A DNA stretch of 64,000 bases, from assembly GCA_963555825.3 (NCBI GenBank), contig CAUVXB020000002.1, positions 1,984,001 through 2,048,000 of the forward strand, read 5' to 3'. Under the pieces are notes generated by a model that was not told the DNA's origin, searched no databases, and saw only the letters and a program-made list of their open reading frames with translations. This document shows positions 44,016 through 54,074 of the stretch, piece after piece. The translations under genes were made by a program, and so were the position numbers. The stretch is from Alphaproteobacteria bacterium. GTDB taxonomy: Bacteria; Pseudomonadota; Alphaproteobacteria; JAAXGF01. The first letter of the stretch is position 1. Every line of letters starts with the position of its first letter.

Positions 44016-45669
44016 GGGTGTGGGTCTGGTATGGAAAATCTAAGTCATTGATTTAGTGCGTTTTTTGTGTCGAGACGAACGGCCGAAATCGGCTATTCGT
44101 GACAATGGGCCGCTCCAAGGCAGGATTTTGTTACGACGGCAGGGTCGAGCAGGGGAAGGTGGGAACGCTCCGCACCGCCAGAAGCGGTACGATGCCGTGT
44201 CTCGAAACCCAACATCGGGAGCATTCCCATGGCAGTATCCCCGCCTCCGGCGCCTTCGTCCATCGATCTTTCCGGCCTGCCTCCTCGGGTCGTCGAGGCG
44301 GCCGCCCGGGTGCTCGCACTGTGTCGCGAGGAGCTTCGTTCCGAGCCGCGCCCCGAGGCGCCCGAGGAGGTCGAGTTGCGGGTGCGTGAGGCCACGAACG
44401 AGTTCGCTCGCGATGTCATGGGCGCCGTCATCGAGAACCGGGACGATGGCGCTTCCCGGATCGAGCGGGACGGGCAGAGCTGGTTCCGGGTCGCGGTGAC
44501 GCCGAAGACGATCATGACCTCGCTCGGTCCGGTGACCTACCGGCGAGCGCGTTACCGCAGCGGCGCGAGCGGGGCATCGCCGGTGCCGGTCGACGAGAGC
44601 CTGGGCCTCGTCGACGATTACCTGACGCGGCCGGCGGCCGAGCTCGGTCTGCTGATGATGGGTCACTGCACGGCCCGGGAAGCGGCGGCGTTCTTTGCGA
44701 AGACCGGCGCCATGACGCCGTCGGTGAGCACCCTGCAGCGCCTGACCCTGAGCATGCACGAATGCTGGGAGAGCCTCGGCCCGGAGACGCTGGGCAGCAT
44801 CCGTGAGGCCGAGGGCATACCGCAGGACGCGACCACCGCCTCGGTCTCCCTCGACGGCGTCATGGTGCCGCTGAGACCCGGCGAGGACGGTCGCGCCAAG
44901 GCCTCCTGGCGCGAGGCTGCCTGCGGCACGGTCTCCTTCCACGACGCCGAGGGCAAGCGCCTGAAGACCCTCTATCTCGGCCGCATGCCGGAGAGCGGCA
45001 AGCTCACGCTGAAGGCGCAGCTTGCAAGCGAAGTCGCACACATCAGGCGAGCACGCCCCGAGATCGGGATCGTCGCTATCGCCGATGGCGCCGCCGACAA
45101 CTGGACCTTCCTGGAGACCCTGTCGCCCGAAACCGAGGTGATCGACTTCTGGCATGCTTGCGAACATCTGCAAACCGCGTCCGACCATGCCGTGGCGCCC
45201 GGCTGGTTCGAGAAGTACCGCGAGATCCTCCGTCACGATCCCCGTGGCGTCGCCAAGGTGATCCGGGCGCTGCGCCACCTTCGCGATGCCGCCGCTGCGC
45301 CGGACCGGGCCGAGACCGAGCGGGAACTCGCCTTCTTCCGCAAGCATCGCCATCGCATGCGCTACCACGCCCTGAAGGAAGAGGGCATCGCCATCGGCTC
45401 AGGCGTGGTCGAAGCTGCCAACAAGACCCTGGTGACACAGCGCATGAAGCGCTCCGGCATGCGCTGGCGGATCGTCGGCGGACAGGCTGTTCTGACCTTC
45501 CGCGCCCTGATCAAATCCGGCCGCTTCGAGCGGGCATGGAAGGCCCTGATCAGCGCAACCGACACACCGGCCAACGACAACATCAGTCCACGTGCAGCAG
45601 CCATGGCAATCGCTGCCTGAACTCAACGAACCAAGCCGCAGACATCACTGCCATGCGAGACTCGCACCC
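44016..45669 (+). mobile_element. Mutator-like IS (ISKra4/ISLre2-type) with 8-bp target duplication
   Basis: TIRs GGGTGTGGGTCTGGTATGG / CCATGCGAGACTCGCACCC (15/19). TGTCGAAC at 44008-44015 and 45670-45677. Confidence 0.9.
44229..45620 (+). CDS. Mutator-like DDE transposase
   Basis: SLDGVMV, IADGAADNW, DFWHACEHL, IGSGVVEAANK..RMKRSGMRW. Confidence 0.9.
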   Translation: MAVSPPPAPSSIDLSGLPPRVVEAAARVLALCREELRSEPRPEAPEEVELRVREATNEFARDVMGAVIENRDDGASRIERDGQSWFRVAVTPKTIMTSLGPVTYRRARYRSGASGASPVPVDESLGLVDDYLTRPAAELGLLMMGHCTAREAAAFFAKTGAMTPSVSTLQRLTLSMHECWESLGPETLGSIREAEGIPQDATTASVSLDGVMVPLRPGEDGRAKASWREAACGTVSFHDAEGKRLKTLYLGRMPESGKLTLKAQLASEVAHIRRARPEIGIVAIADGAADNWTFLETLSPETEVIDFWHACEHLQTASDHAVAPGWFEKYREILRHDPRGVAKVIRALRHLRDAAAAPDRAETERELAFFRKHRHRMRYHALKEEGIAIGSGVVEAANKTLVTQRMKRSGMRWRIVGGQAVLTFRALIKSGRFERAWKALISATDTPANDNISPRAAAMAIAA

Positions 45670-47434
45670 TGTCGAACGGCGACTCGCGGCTATCCTGTGC
45701 GCCGACGTGGTCGGTTACAGCCGGCTCATGGAAGGCGACGAGGAGGCGACCATCCGTGCCCTAAGCGCGTGCCGCCGTATTGTCGATGATATGGTCGAGC
45801 GCCATCGCGGCCGGGTCTTCGGAAGCGCCGGCGACAGCGTCGTCGCCGAGTTTGCGAGCGCTGTCGAGGCTGTGCGTTGCGCCATCGAAATTCAGCGCCT
45901 CCAAGGGGCGCAAGACGCCGACGTTTCCGAGGACCGGCGCATGCGCTTGCGCATTGGCATCAACCTCGGCGATATCGTCGTCGAAGACAGCAATCTGCTC
46001 GGCGACGGCGTCAATGTCGCCGCCCGGCTGCAAGCGCTTGCCGAGCCTGGCGGCCTGTGCATCTCGGCCAATATTCACGAACATGTGGGAGGCAAGCTTG
46101 ACCTAGTCTTTGATGATCTCGGCGGCCGGACAGTTAAGAACATCGCAAGGCCCATACGCGCCTACCGCGTTCGTTTCGAAACTCCCATCGGCCACTCCGA
46201 TGGTTCGCAGCGTGGACCACTGGGATTGCCTGACAAGCCTTCGGTCGCCGTCCTTCCGTTCACAAACATGTCTGGAGAGCCCGAACAGGGGTACTTTTCG
46301 GACGGTATCACCGAGGACATCATCACCGGTCTCAGCCGCTTCCGTGAATTGTTTGTCATCGCACGTAACTCTGCCTTCACCTACAAGGGCCGAGCAGTAA
46401 AGGTGCAGGACGTCGGCCGCGAACTAGGCGTCGGCTACATCGTCGAGGGCAGCGTGCGCAAGGCGGGCAACCGCGTGCGCGTCACCGCTCAGCTCATCGA
46501 GGCGGCGACCGGAAGTCACGTGTGGGCCGAACGCTATGATCGGGAACTAGAGGACATCTTCGCCGTCCAAGATGATATCACCGAGACGGTGGTCGCCACG
46601 CTTGCGGGGCGGCTTGGCGAACTGGGCGTCGATCGTGTGAAACGCAAACCAACCGAGAGCCTGACGGCCTTTGATTACGTCTTGCACGCGAGACAACTGA
46701 TCTATCGGTACGGGCAAGAAAGCATCGCCGAAGCCACGGGTCTGCTCGAAAGGGCCGTCGCCCTCGACGCCGATTACGCGGCCGCCCACGCCTGGTTGGC
46801 GGAAGCATATTGGGTCGAATGGTGGGCCGGCTGGACCGCCGATGACGTCGGTAGCTACGAGACCAGCGCGCGTCACGCCACGCAAGCTGTGGCGCTCGAC
46901 GACACTGACGGCCGAGCTCATATCCAAGTGGGCCAGATTCATTTGTACCGACGCCGGTATGACGATATGCGCCTCAGTTTCGACAAGGCTCAATCACTAA
47001 ATCCCAATGATCCCGATGCGATGATGAGCCGTGCTTTTGGCAGCGTGTATGTAGGTGAGCCCGAACGCGCCCTAGAACAGATAGACGAAGCAATCCGGAT
47101 CGATCCCTTGGGTCATTATGGGTATATCCGAGGCCTTGCCTCCTATGGGATGCGAAACTACGAAGACGCCTTAGCTGCGTTCAAGACCGTGCGGGGAGAA
47201 GCGCAGGGCGTCCAGGCCTGGTTGGCTGCCTGCTACGGGCAAATCGGCAACCGCGATGATGCCAAGGGCGCATCTGCCGAGTTCGTTGCTGTCACAACGA
47301 GGCTAATGGGCCAGGTAGGTGCACGAGTGCCCACAATCTGGACCAGCTACTTCACGGAGCGCCATCCTTACGAGCGCGCTGATGACCAAGATCACATGCT
47401 TGAAGGGCTGCGCAAAGCCGGGCTACGTGCATAG
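45653..47434 (+). CDS. Adenylate/guanylate cyclase-TolB-like-TPR protein, 5' end separated by the IS (original start GTG 43994)
   Basis: RRLAAILCADVVGYSRLM, GDGVNVAARL, PSVAVLPFTNMSG, TPR-like tail. Confidence 0.9.
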   Translation: MRDSHPVERRLAAILCADVVGYSRLMEGDEEATIRALSACRRIVDDMVERHRGRVFGSAGDSVVAEFASAVEAVRCAIEIQRLQGAQDADVSEDRRMRLRIGINLGDIVVEDSNLLGDGVNVAARLQALAEPGGLCISANIHEHVGGKLDLVFDDLGGRTVKNIARPIRAYRVRFETPIGHSDGSQRGPLGLPDKPSVAVLPFTNMSGEPEQGYFSDGITEDIITGLSRFRELFVIARNSAFTYKGRAVKVQDVGRELGVGYIVEGSVRKAGNRVRVTAQLIEAATGSHVWAERYDRELEDIFAVQDDITETVVATLAGRLGELGVDRVKRKPTESLTAFDYVLHARQLIYRYGQESIAEATGLLERAVALDADYAAAHAWLAEAYWVEWWAGWTADDVGSYETSARHATQAVALDDTDGRAHIQVGQIHLYRRRYDDMRLSFDKAQSLNPNDPDAMMSRAFGSVYVGEPERALEQIDEAIRIDPLGHYGYIRGLASYGMRNYEDALAAFKTVRGEAQGVQAWLAACYGQIGNRDDAKGASAEFVAVTTRLMGQVGARVPTIWTSYFTERHPYERADDQDHMLEGLRKAGLRA

Positions 47435-47481
47435 ACCGCTGCCCCTATTGTTAATGTCTACTGCGGGTCCAGACTGTGTAA

Positions 47482-48656
47482 TACCAGTGAGCCTATGAAA
47501 TCACCTTCATGATCCATGGATAGGCGCAGAGGGTTCGCATACGATCCGGTTCTGCGATGAGGTCGATCCATGCTTGGCAACAGGCGTCGATGATGGCCTC
47601 GGTGTCGTCGAGGACGCGGAGCGATAGGAAGCGTTCGCGTAGGTAGAGCCAAACCCGCTCGACGGGGTTGAGTTCGGGACTGTAAGGCGGCAACAGCGCC
47701 AAGGTGACGTTGTCGGGGACGGTGAGGGCGCGCTCGTCGTGCCAACCGGCGCCGTCGCACATCATGACGGCGTGCGCATCCTGGTCCAGGGTATCGGCGA
47801 AGTGTGCGAGAAACAGGTCCATGACCTTGGCGTTGACGCTCGGCATCACCAGGGTGACGTCGTCGCCGGTGTCCGGGCGCACGGCGGAGAAGATGTAGGC
47901 CCACTGGTAGCCGATTTGACGCGTCCCGGGGGCACGCTCGCCCCTGCGCCACCACCGGTGACACACCCGGCCCTTGTTGCCGACGCGCGCTTCATCCTGA
48001 AACCACAGCTGTAGGCGCTTGTCGGGATGCGCCGCGGCGGTCGCCTTCAGGATGTCGCGAAGCCCCCTTTTTTGAAGCGCTCCTGCGCTTCGGCGTCCCT
48101 TCGCGGGTGGCTCGGGCGCGCCTTCTGGCGGGAAAATCCCATCCGCCGTAGAACCCGGGTCATGCTCGAGGGGTGGTAGGTCTTGGCGAAGCGCTCCTCC
48201 AGCCAGCGGCACAGATCGGCCCGGGTCCAGGCGCAAACCCCGTCGCGCTCAGGCTCCGGCCCGGCGATGATGACCGCCGCCAGCGCCGCTTCCTCGTCTG
48301 CCGTCAGCCGCCGCGGCGAGTAGCCCTTTGGACGGTCGTGAAGCCCCTCCAATCCCTTTGCATTGTAACGAACAACCGCGTCGCGAAGCGTTTGGCGATC
48401 CATCCCCGCAAGCCGCGCGGCATCAGCCCGGGGCATCTCCTCCAAAGCATTCGCGATCCCATAGGCCCGCGCCGCCGCTCGACCGTACGATTCCACGCGA
48501 GCCCAGCGCCGAAGCTCCAAAGGCGTCAAATCATCCCGTATCTTGAGTGCTGATCCCATGACATCCCCCACATCTGGTGGGAGACCATAGAATCACAATC
48601 CGCCATCATCCGCCATCAATGAATATCCCGAGAGTCAATTCAGGCGCTCACTGGTA
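47482..48656 (-). mobile_element. IS630-family element, copy 1 (1175 bp; orfA 48047-48571 and orfB ending at 47493, joined at A6G5)
   Basis: Ends TACCAGTGAGC/GCTCACTGGTA. HTH orfA; orfB with FQDEARVG, DGAGWH, LPPYSPELNPVE. Confidence 0.95.
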
Positions 48657-48659
48657 TTA

Positions 48660-49834
48660 TACCAGTGAGCCTATGAAATCACCTTCATGATCCATGGATA
48701 GGCGCAGAGGGTTCGCATACGATCCGGTTCTGCGATGAGGTCGATCCATGCTTGGCAACAGGCGTCGATGATGGCCTCGGTGTCGTCGAGGACGCGGAGC
48801 GATAGGAAGCGTTCGCGTAGGTAGAGCCAAACCCGCTCGACGGGGTTGAGTTCGGGACTGTAAGGCGGCAACAGCGCCAAGGTGACGTTGTCGGGGACGG
48901 TGAGGGCGCGCTCGTCGTGCCAACCGGCGCCGTCGCACATCATGACGGCGTGCGCATCCTGGTCCAGGGTATCGGCGAAGTGTGCGAGAAACAGGTCCAT
49001 GACCTTGGCGTTGACGCTCGGCATCACCAGGGTGACGTCGTCGCCGGTGTCCGGGCGCACGGCGGAGAAGATGTAGGCCCACTGGTAGCCGATTTGACGC
49101 GTCCCGGGGGCACGCTCGCCCCTGCGCCACCACCGGTGACACACCCGGCCCTTGTTGCCGACGCGCGCTTCATCCTGAAACCACAGCTGTAGGCGCTTGT
49201 CGGGATGCGCCGCGGCGGTCGCCTTCAGGATGTCGCGAAGCCCCCTTTTTTGAAGCGCTCCTGCGCTTCGGCGTCCCTTCGCGGGTGGCTCGGGCGCGCC
49301 TTCTGGCGGGAAAATCCCATCCGCCGTAGAACCCGGGTCATGCTCGAGGGGTGGTAGGTCTTGGCGAAGCGCTCCTCCAGCCAGCGGCACAGATCGGCCC
49401 GGGTCCAGGCGCAAACCCCGTCGCGCTCAGGCTCCGGCCCGGCGATGATGACCGCCGCCAGCGCCGCTTCCTCGTCTGCCGTCAGCCGCCGCGGCGAGTA
49501 GCCCTTTGGACGGTCGTGAAGCCCCTCCAATCCCTTTGCATTGTAACGAACAACCGCGTCGCGAAGCGTTTGGCGATCCATCCCCGCAAGCCGCGCGGCA
49601 TCAGCCCGGGGCATCTCCTCCAAAGCATTCGCGATCCCATAGGCCCGCGCCGCCGCTCGACCGTACGATTCCACGCGAGCCCAGCGCCGAAGCTCCAAAG
49701 GCGTCAAATCATCCCGTATCTTGAGTGCTGATCCCATGACATCCCCCACATCTGGTGGGAGACCATAGAATCACAATCCGCCATCATCCGCCATCAATGA
49801 ATATCCCGAGAGTCAATTCAGGCGCTCACTGGTA
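48660..49834 (-). mobile_element. IS630-family element, copy 2 (tandem, apparently identical)
   Basis: Identical ORF translations offset by 1178 bp. Confidence 0.95.
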
Positions 49835-50006
49835 TAAGAACGTTTGCTGCGTGATCTGTACGGCGCGTCTTTGGCTTCGATGATCCGTCGCGGCGGGTAT
49901 TCCGGGATTAAGGATTTTCGCCACTCGTGCGGACCTGTCGGCCGGCTGGCGCCGGTGTGAGCTGCGATTTGGCCGGATATGGGCGCAATTTGCGGCGCAG
50001 AGAGGC

Positions 50007-51449
50007 CTATGCGGTCCTCATCGCCGCGATCAGCGGGTCGATGCCCGTGATGTTCATGACGCGCTTGAGATTGTAGGCCAGCACGTGCAGGGCCATCTCG
50101 GTCCTCACCCGTTTCAGCGTCTTCGTCTGGAAATGCGTCGCGCCCATCCAGGACTTGATGGTGCCGAAGGGATGCTCGGCCGTCTCGCGCCGCCGACGCA
50201 TCGCCTCCGGGTGCTCGTCGAGCCGCCTCTCGACGGCCTCGAGAACATGCTCGTGCTGCCAGCGGGTGATGCGGCGCTGCTTGGCCGTGGTGCAGCGATG
50301 CTTGATGGCGCATCCCTGACAGGCGTTGGTCCAGTAGCGCCGCATGCTCAGCCCCCTCTCCTGGCTGGTGAAGCGGTAGACCAAACGCTCGCCGGCCGGG
50401 CAGCGATAGACATCGTCGGCGGCCAGATAGACGAAGTCCTGTTTGCCGAAGCGGCCCTTGGCCTTGGCTCCAGAGGTCAGCGGCTTAGGCAATGTGACGG
50501 TGATGCCGGCCTCATCGCAGGCCAGAATCTCCTTGCCGTTGTAGTAGCCGCGATCGGCAACGACATCCAACTCGTCGGTCTCCAGAGCCGCCTTGGTCCG
50601 CTTCGCCATGGCTGAGAGCTGGGCGCGGTCGGTGCCCTGATTGGTCACCTCGTGGGCGACGATCAGGTGGTGCTTGGTGTCGACGGCGGCCTGAACGTTG
50701 TAGCCGACCACGCCGGAACCCCGGCCGCTCGTCGCCATCGAGCGGGCATCGGGATCGCTCAGAGAGATCTGCTGGTCCGGGCTCGCACGCCGCTCGACTT
50801 CAAGCGCCTTCAGGCGCCGCATCTCCTCCTTGAGGATCGCGATCTTGTCGGCCAGACGAGTCGTCTTGGTCGTGCGCGCCAGCGACGGCTCTTGCCGGTC
50901 GGCGCTGTCCAACTGGTCCAGATAGCGCGCAACGCTCTCCTCGATCTGCGCCACCCGCCGCGCCATCTTGGCCCGCGTGAAGTTCCTGTCCCGGCTGTTG
51001 ACCGCCTTGAACTTCGAGCCATCGATCGCCACGCTCGCCTCGGCGAACAGCCCGAGTTGCCGGCACAGCGCGACGAACCGGGCGCAGACCTTGCGGATCG
51101 CACGGCCGTTGTCCTTGCGGAAGTCGGCGATCGTCTTGTGATCCGGCGCCAGCCGGCCGACCAGCCACATCACTTCCACATTGCGCCCGGCCTCCCTCTC
51201 GAGCCGACGGCTCGACTGAACCCGGTTGAGATAGCCGTAGATGTAGAGCTTCAACAAATCGCAAGGATGATAGGCCGGCCTGCCGGTCGCCAGCGGCTCG
51301 ACCCGGTCGAACCCGAGGCCGCCAAGATCGAGCTCATCGACGAAGACGTCGATCGCCCGAACCGGGTTGTCGTCGCCGATCCAGTCTTCCAGGCGCTCCG
51401 GAAACAACGTGCCCTGGCTGCGATCGACACCCTCGACAAAACGCTTCAT
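50007..51449 (-). CDS. IS1182-family transposase
   Basis: GRPAYHP..LLKLYIYGY..SSRRLE, PDHKTIADFR, IDGSK, GYNVQ, ADRGY, EHPFGTIK. Confidence 0.95.
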   Translation of the reverse strand: MKRFVEGVDRSQGTLFPERLEDWIGDDNPVRAIDVFVDELDLGGLGFDRVEPLATGRPAYHPCDLLKLYIYGYLNRVQSSRRLEREAGRNVEVMWLVGRLAPDHKTIADFRKDNGRAIRKVCARFVALCRQLGLFAEASVAIDGSKFKAVNSRDRNFTRAKMARRVAQIEESVARYLDQLDSADRQEPSLARTTKTTRLADKIAILKEEMRRLKALEVERRASPDQQISLSDPDARSMATSGRGSGVVGYNVQAAVDTKHHLIVAHEVTNQGTDRAQLSAMAKRTKAALETDELDVVADRGYYNGKEILACDEAGITVTLPKPLTSGAKAKGRFGKQDFVYLAADDVYRCPAGERLVYRFTSQERGLSMRRYWTNACQGCAIKHRCTTAKQRRITRWQHEHVLEAVERRLDEHPEAMRRRRETAEHPFGTIKSWMGATHFQTKTLKRVRTEMALHVLAYNLKRVMNITGIDPLIAAMRTA

Positions 51450-51509
51450 CAGACCCTCCCGCCAAAGCACGAGAGAATCATAACACCATCGACGTTTTTA
51501 CACAGTCTG

Positions 51510-51573
51510 GGTCAGCTGCAGACCTACGGCGAAGTTGGGTTGGGCGTCCGCTTTCGAGCGGTAGGCGGGCATT
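51510..51573 (+). repeat. Right part of the bipartite boundary site split by IS1182 (left part 47453-47469)
   Basis: Rejoined: AATGTCTACTGCGGGTCAGCTGCAGACC-N20-CGTCCGCTTTCGAGCGGTAGGCGGGCATT. Confidence 0.75.
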
Positions 51574-51605
51574 GGCGGCGCAGATCAGCCGTTGGATTTG
51601 TACGA

Positions 51606-52271
51606 CTACCCGTCCATGCCGGGCCGCAGCATGGTGAATACGTTGTCGACCGTCGTGTAATCCATGTAGCCGAGCCGCGCGACCGGGCGGAACTTCGCCA
51701 TGTCGATCATGCCGTCGGTGACGATCGAGCGGTCGATGTGGACGCCGACGACGGTGCCGAGGACGATCGCGTTGGTCGACGCCGGATCGTCTGAGGGCAG
51801 CTCGACGGTCCGCCAATAGGTGCACTCGAAGTGGATCGGCGCGCCGGCGACGCGCGGCGGCTTGACCCGGCGCGACGGCAGCGTCGCGAGGCCGGCGAGC
51901 GCCATCTCGTCGACCTCCGGGTCGACGTCGGCCGACGTCGCGTTCATGACCTCGCGCTGGGCGTGGGTAACGATGTTGCAGACGAACTCGCCGGTTTCCT
52001 CGGCGTTGCGCCGCGAATCCTTGTGCGGGCCCGGCTGGTGGGCGCCGCCTGGGCAGAACATCACCATATGGGGGGCGGTCGAGACCGCGTTGAAGAAGCT
52101 GTACGGCGCCAGGTTGACGACGCCGTCGCGGTCCAGCGTGGTGACCCAGCCGATCGGCCGCGGCACCACCAGGCTCTTGAACGGATCGCGCTTGAGGCCG
52201 TGGCCGCCGGCCGCCGGGTCGTAGAAGATCGCCGCCGCCGCGTCGGCCGCCTGTCCCGCGTCAGGCGGCAT
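51606..52271 (-). CDS. Flavin reductase-like (flavoredoxin) protein
   Basis: VVPRPIGWVTT, NLAPYSFFN, KDSRRNAEETGEFV, PVARLG. Confidence 0.92.
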   Translation of the reverse strand: MPPDAGQAADAAAAIFYDPAAGGHGLKRDPFKSLVVPRPIGWVTTLDRDGVVNLAPYSFFNAVSTAPHMVMFCPGGAHQPGPHKDSRRNAEETGEFVCNIVTHAQREVMNATSADVDPEVDEMALAGLATLPSRRVKPPRVAGAPIHFECTYWRTVELPSDDPASTNAIVLGTVVGVHIDRSIVTDGMIDMAKFRPVARLGYMDYTTVDNVFTMLRPGMDG

Positions 52272-52914
52272 CGGCGTATTGCTTGTAGGAATTGATGTAG
52301 TAGTCGAGGCCGTGCTCGGTCGCCTTGACGCTGGGCCGCTCGCGCATCGCCGCCTGCCAGGCGGCGAGCCTGGGGCAATCGTCCGGCACGTCGATGCCGC
52401 GGTAGTGCGTCAGCGCGCCGAGCCGCTCGAAGTGCGGGTAGAAGGCGATGTCGACCAGCGAGACCGCATCGCCCAGCCAATACGGATCGGCGCCGAGCCG
52501 CGTCATGCCGTCTTCCATGCGGCGAAAATGGCCCGTGAGCTTGTCGCCCGCCTCGGCCCGCGCGGCGGCGTCCTTGGCGCTCAATACCGCGTAGAAGGCG
52601 CCGACCAGCCGGGTGTTGCAGAAGTCGATCCAGGCGCGCGCCTGGGCGCGGCGTACCGGGTCGGACGGCATCAGCGCCGGCTCGGGGTAGGCTTCCTCGA
52701 TATATTCGTTGATGATCGCCGATTCGTAGATCACTTCGTCGCCGACCTTGAGCACCGGAACCTTGGAGTAGGGCGAGACCTGCTCGAACCAGGCCGGCTT
52801 GTTCGAGAGATCGACTTCGGTGTGCTTGTAGGCGAGACCCTTCTCCCTGAGCGCCAGGTGAGTGCGCTGGGCGTAGGGGCAGACTTCCGCCGTGATGAAC
52901 TCGATTTCGGACAT
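52261..52914 (-). CDS. Glutathione S-transferase (omega-like)
   Basis: CPYAQR, KVPVL, ESAIINEY. Confidence 0.92.
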   Translation of the reverse strand: MSEIEFITAEVCPYAQRTHLALREKGLAYKHTEVDLSNKPAWFEQVSPYSKVPVLKVGDEVIYESAIINEYIEEAYPEPALMPSDPVRRAQARAWIDFCNTRLVGAFYAVLSAKDAAARAEAGDKLTGHFRRMEDGMTRLGADPYWLGDAVSLVDIAFYPHFERLGALTHYRGIDVPDDCPRLAAWQAAMRERPSVKATEHGLDYYINSYKQYADAA

Positions 52915-52948
52915 GATCACGTATCCTTTCCTGTTTAGGCCGCCGCGC

Positions 52949-53941
52949 TCAACCGAAAGTATCGGCCATCAGTTGGCCGAGGTCGGCTTCGGCGCGCGCG
53001 CCGATATGGCTGATGACCTCGGCCGCCGCGAGACCGCCGAGGCGGCCCGCGCTGGCCAGGTCCCAGCCATGGGTCAAACCATAGAGCACGCCGGCGGCAT
53101 AGAGATCGCCGGCGCCCGTCGCGTCGACGACCTCGGCAACCGGATGGGCGTCGATGACGTGCACCGTGTCGCCGGCAACGATCACCGAGCCCTGCTCGCT
53201 GCGCGTCAGCGCGGCCACGGCGCAGTCTTGGCGCACCCGCTGCAATGCCGCGTCGAAGTCGTCGACCTCGTAGAGTGAAATAATCTCGGCCTCGTTGGCA
53301 AACAAGATGTCGATATGTTCCGCCGCCAGTTCGCGGAACTCGGCGCGGTGGCGGTCGACGCAGAACGGGTCGGACAGCGTCAGCGCGACGCGCCGGCCGT
53401 TGGTATGCGCGATGCCGAGCGCCTTGCGGAAAGCCTGTTTGGCGCTTGGCGGGTCCCACAGATAGCCTTCGAGATAGGTGATCTCGGCGGCCGCGATGAG
53501 CGCCTCGTCGACGTCGTCGGGGCCGAGTTCGACGCAGGCGCCGAGATAGGTGCACATGGTGCGCTGCGCATCGGGCGTTACGATCACCAAGCACCGCGCC
53601 GTCGACGCCCCGTCGATGGCCGCCGGCGTGTCAAATTGCACGCCGGCGGCGCGGATGTCGTGGCCGAAGACGCCGCCGAGCTGGTCGTCGCGCACCTTGC
53701 CGATGAAGGCGCCCTTACCGCCAAGCGCCGCGATGCCGGCCATGGTGTTGCCGGCGGAACCGCCCGAGATCTCGACGCCCGGGCCCATGGCGTCGTAGAG
53801 CGCGTCGCTTTGCGCGGCGTCGACCAGCGTCATGGCGCCCTTGGCGAGGCCGTGCGTCTCCAGAAACGCGTCGTCGGCGCGGGCCAGCACGTCGACCATG
53901 GCGTTGCCGATTCCCACGACATTGAGCGTCGCATCCGTCAT
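52949..53941 (-). CDS. PfkB-family adenosine/sugar kinase
   Basis: GIGNAMVD, GGSAGNT, FANEAE, DATGAGD. Confidence 0.92.
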   Translation of the reverse strand: MTDATLNVVGIGNAMVDVLARADDAFLETHGLAKGAMTLVDAAQSDALYDAMGPGVEISGGSAGNTMAGIAALGGKGAFIGKVRDDQLGGVFGHDIRAAGVQFDTPAAIDGASTARCLVIVTPDAQRTMCTYLGACVELGPDDVDEALIAAAEITYLEGYLWDPPSAKQAFRKALGIAHTNGRRVALTLSDPFCVDRHRAEFRELAAEHIDILFANEAEIISLYEVDDFDAALQRVRQDCAVAALTRSEQGSVIVAGDTVHVIDAHPVAEVVDATGAGDLYAAGVLYGLTHGWDLASAGRLGGLAAAEVISHIGARAEADLGQLMADTFG

Positions 53942-54074
53942 CGGCGTTGTCCTCCCCGGTTCGGCAGCTCGTCAAGGCGGGCCGCAGTATAGTCGGCGGT
54001 CATGGCCCGGCAAGCGGTCTCTATACATGCCAGGCATGCTGATCGATACTCGCGGCGAACCGGGAGAGGAGCTG

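Larger units (their letters stand above)
47470..51509 (-). mobile_element. IS1182-family element with GGTC target duplication; one TIR interrupted by an IS630 dimer
   Basis: TIRs CAGACTGTGTAAAAACGT and rejoined CAGACTGTGTAAGAACGT. GGTC at 47466-47469 and 51510-51513. Confidence 0.9.

Noticed and set aside
45158-45652. Long N-terminal extension of the cyclase ORF
   Set aside because: Alternative frame within the transposase. The real start is reconstructed at 43994 (or 45653).
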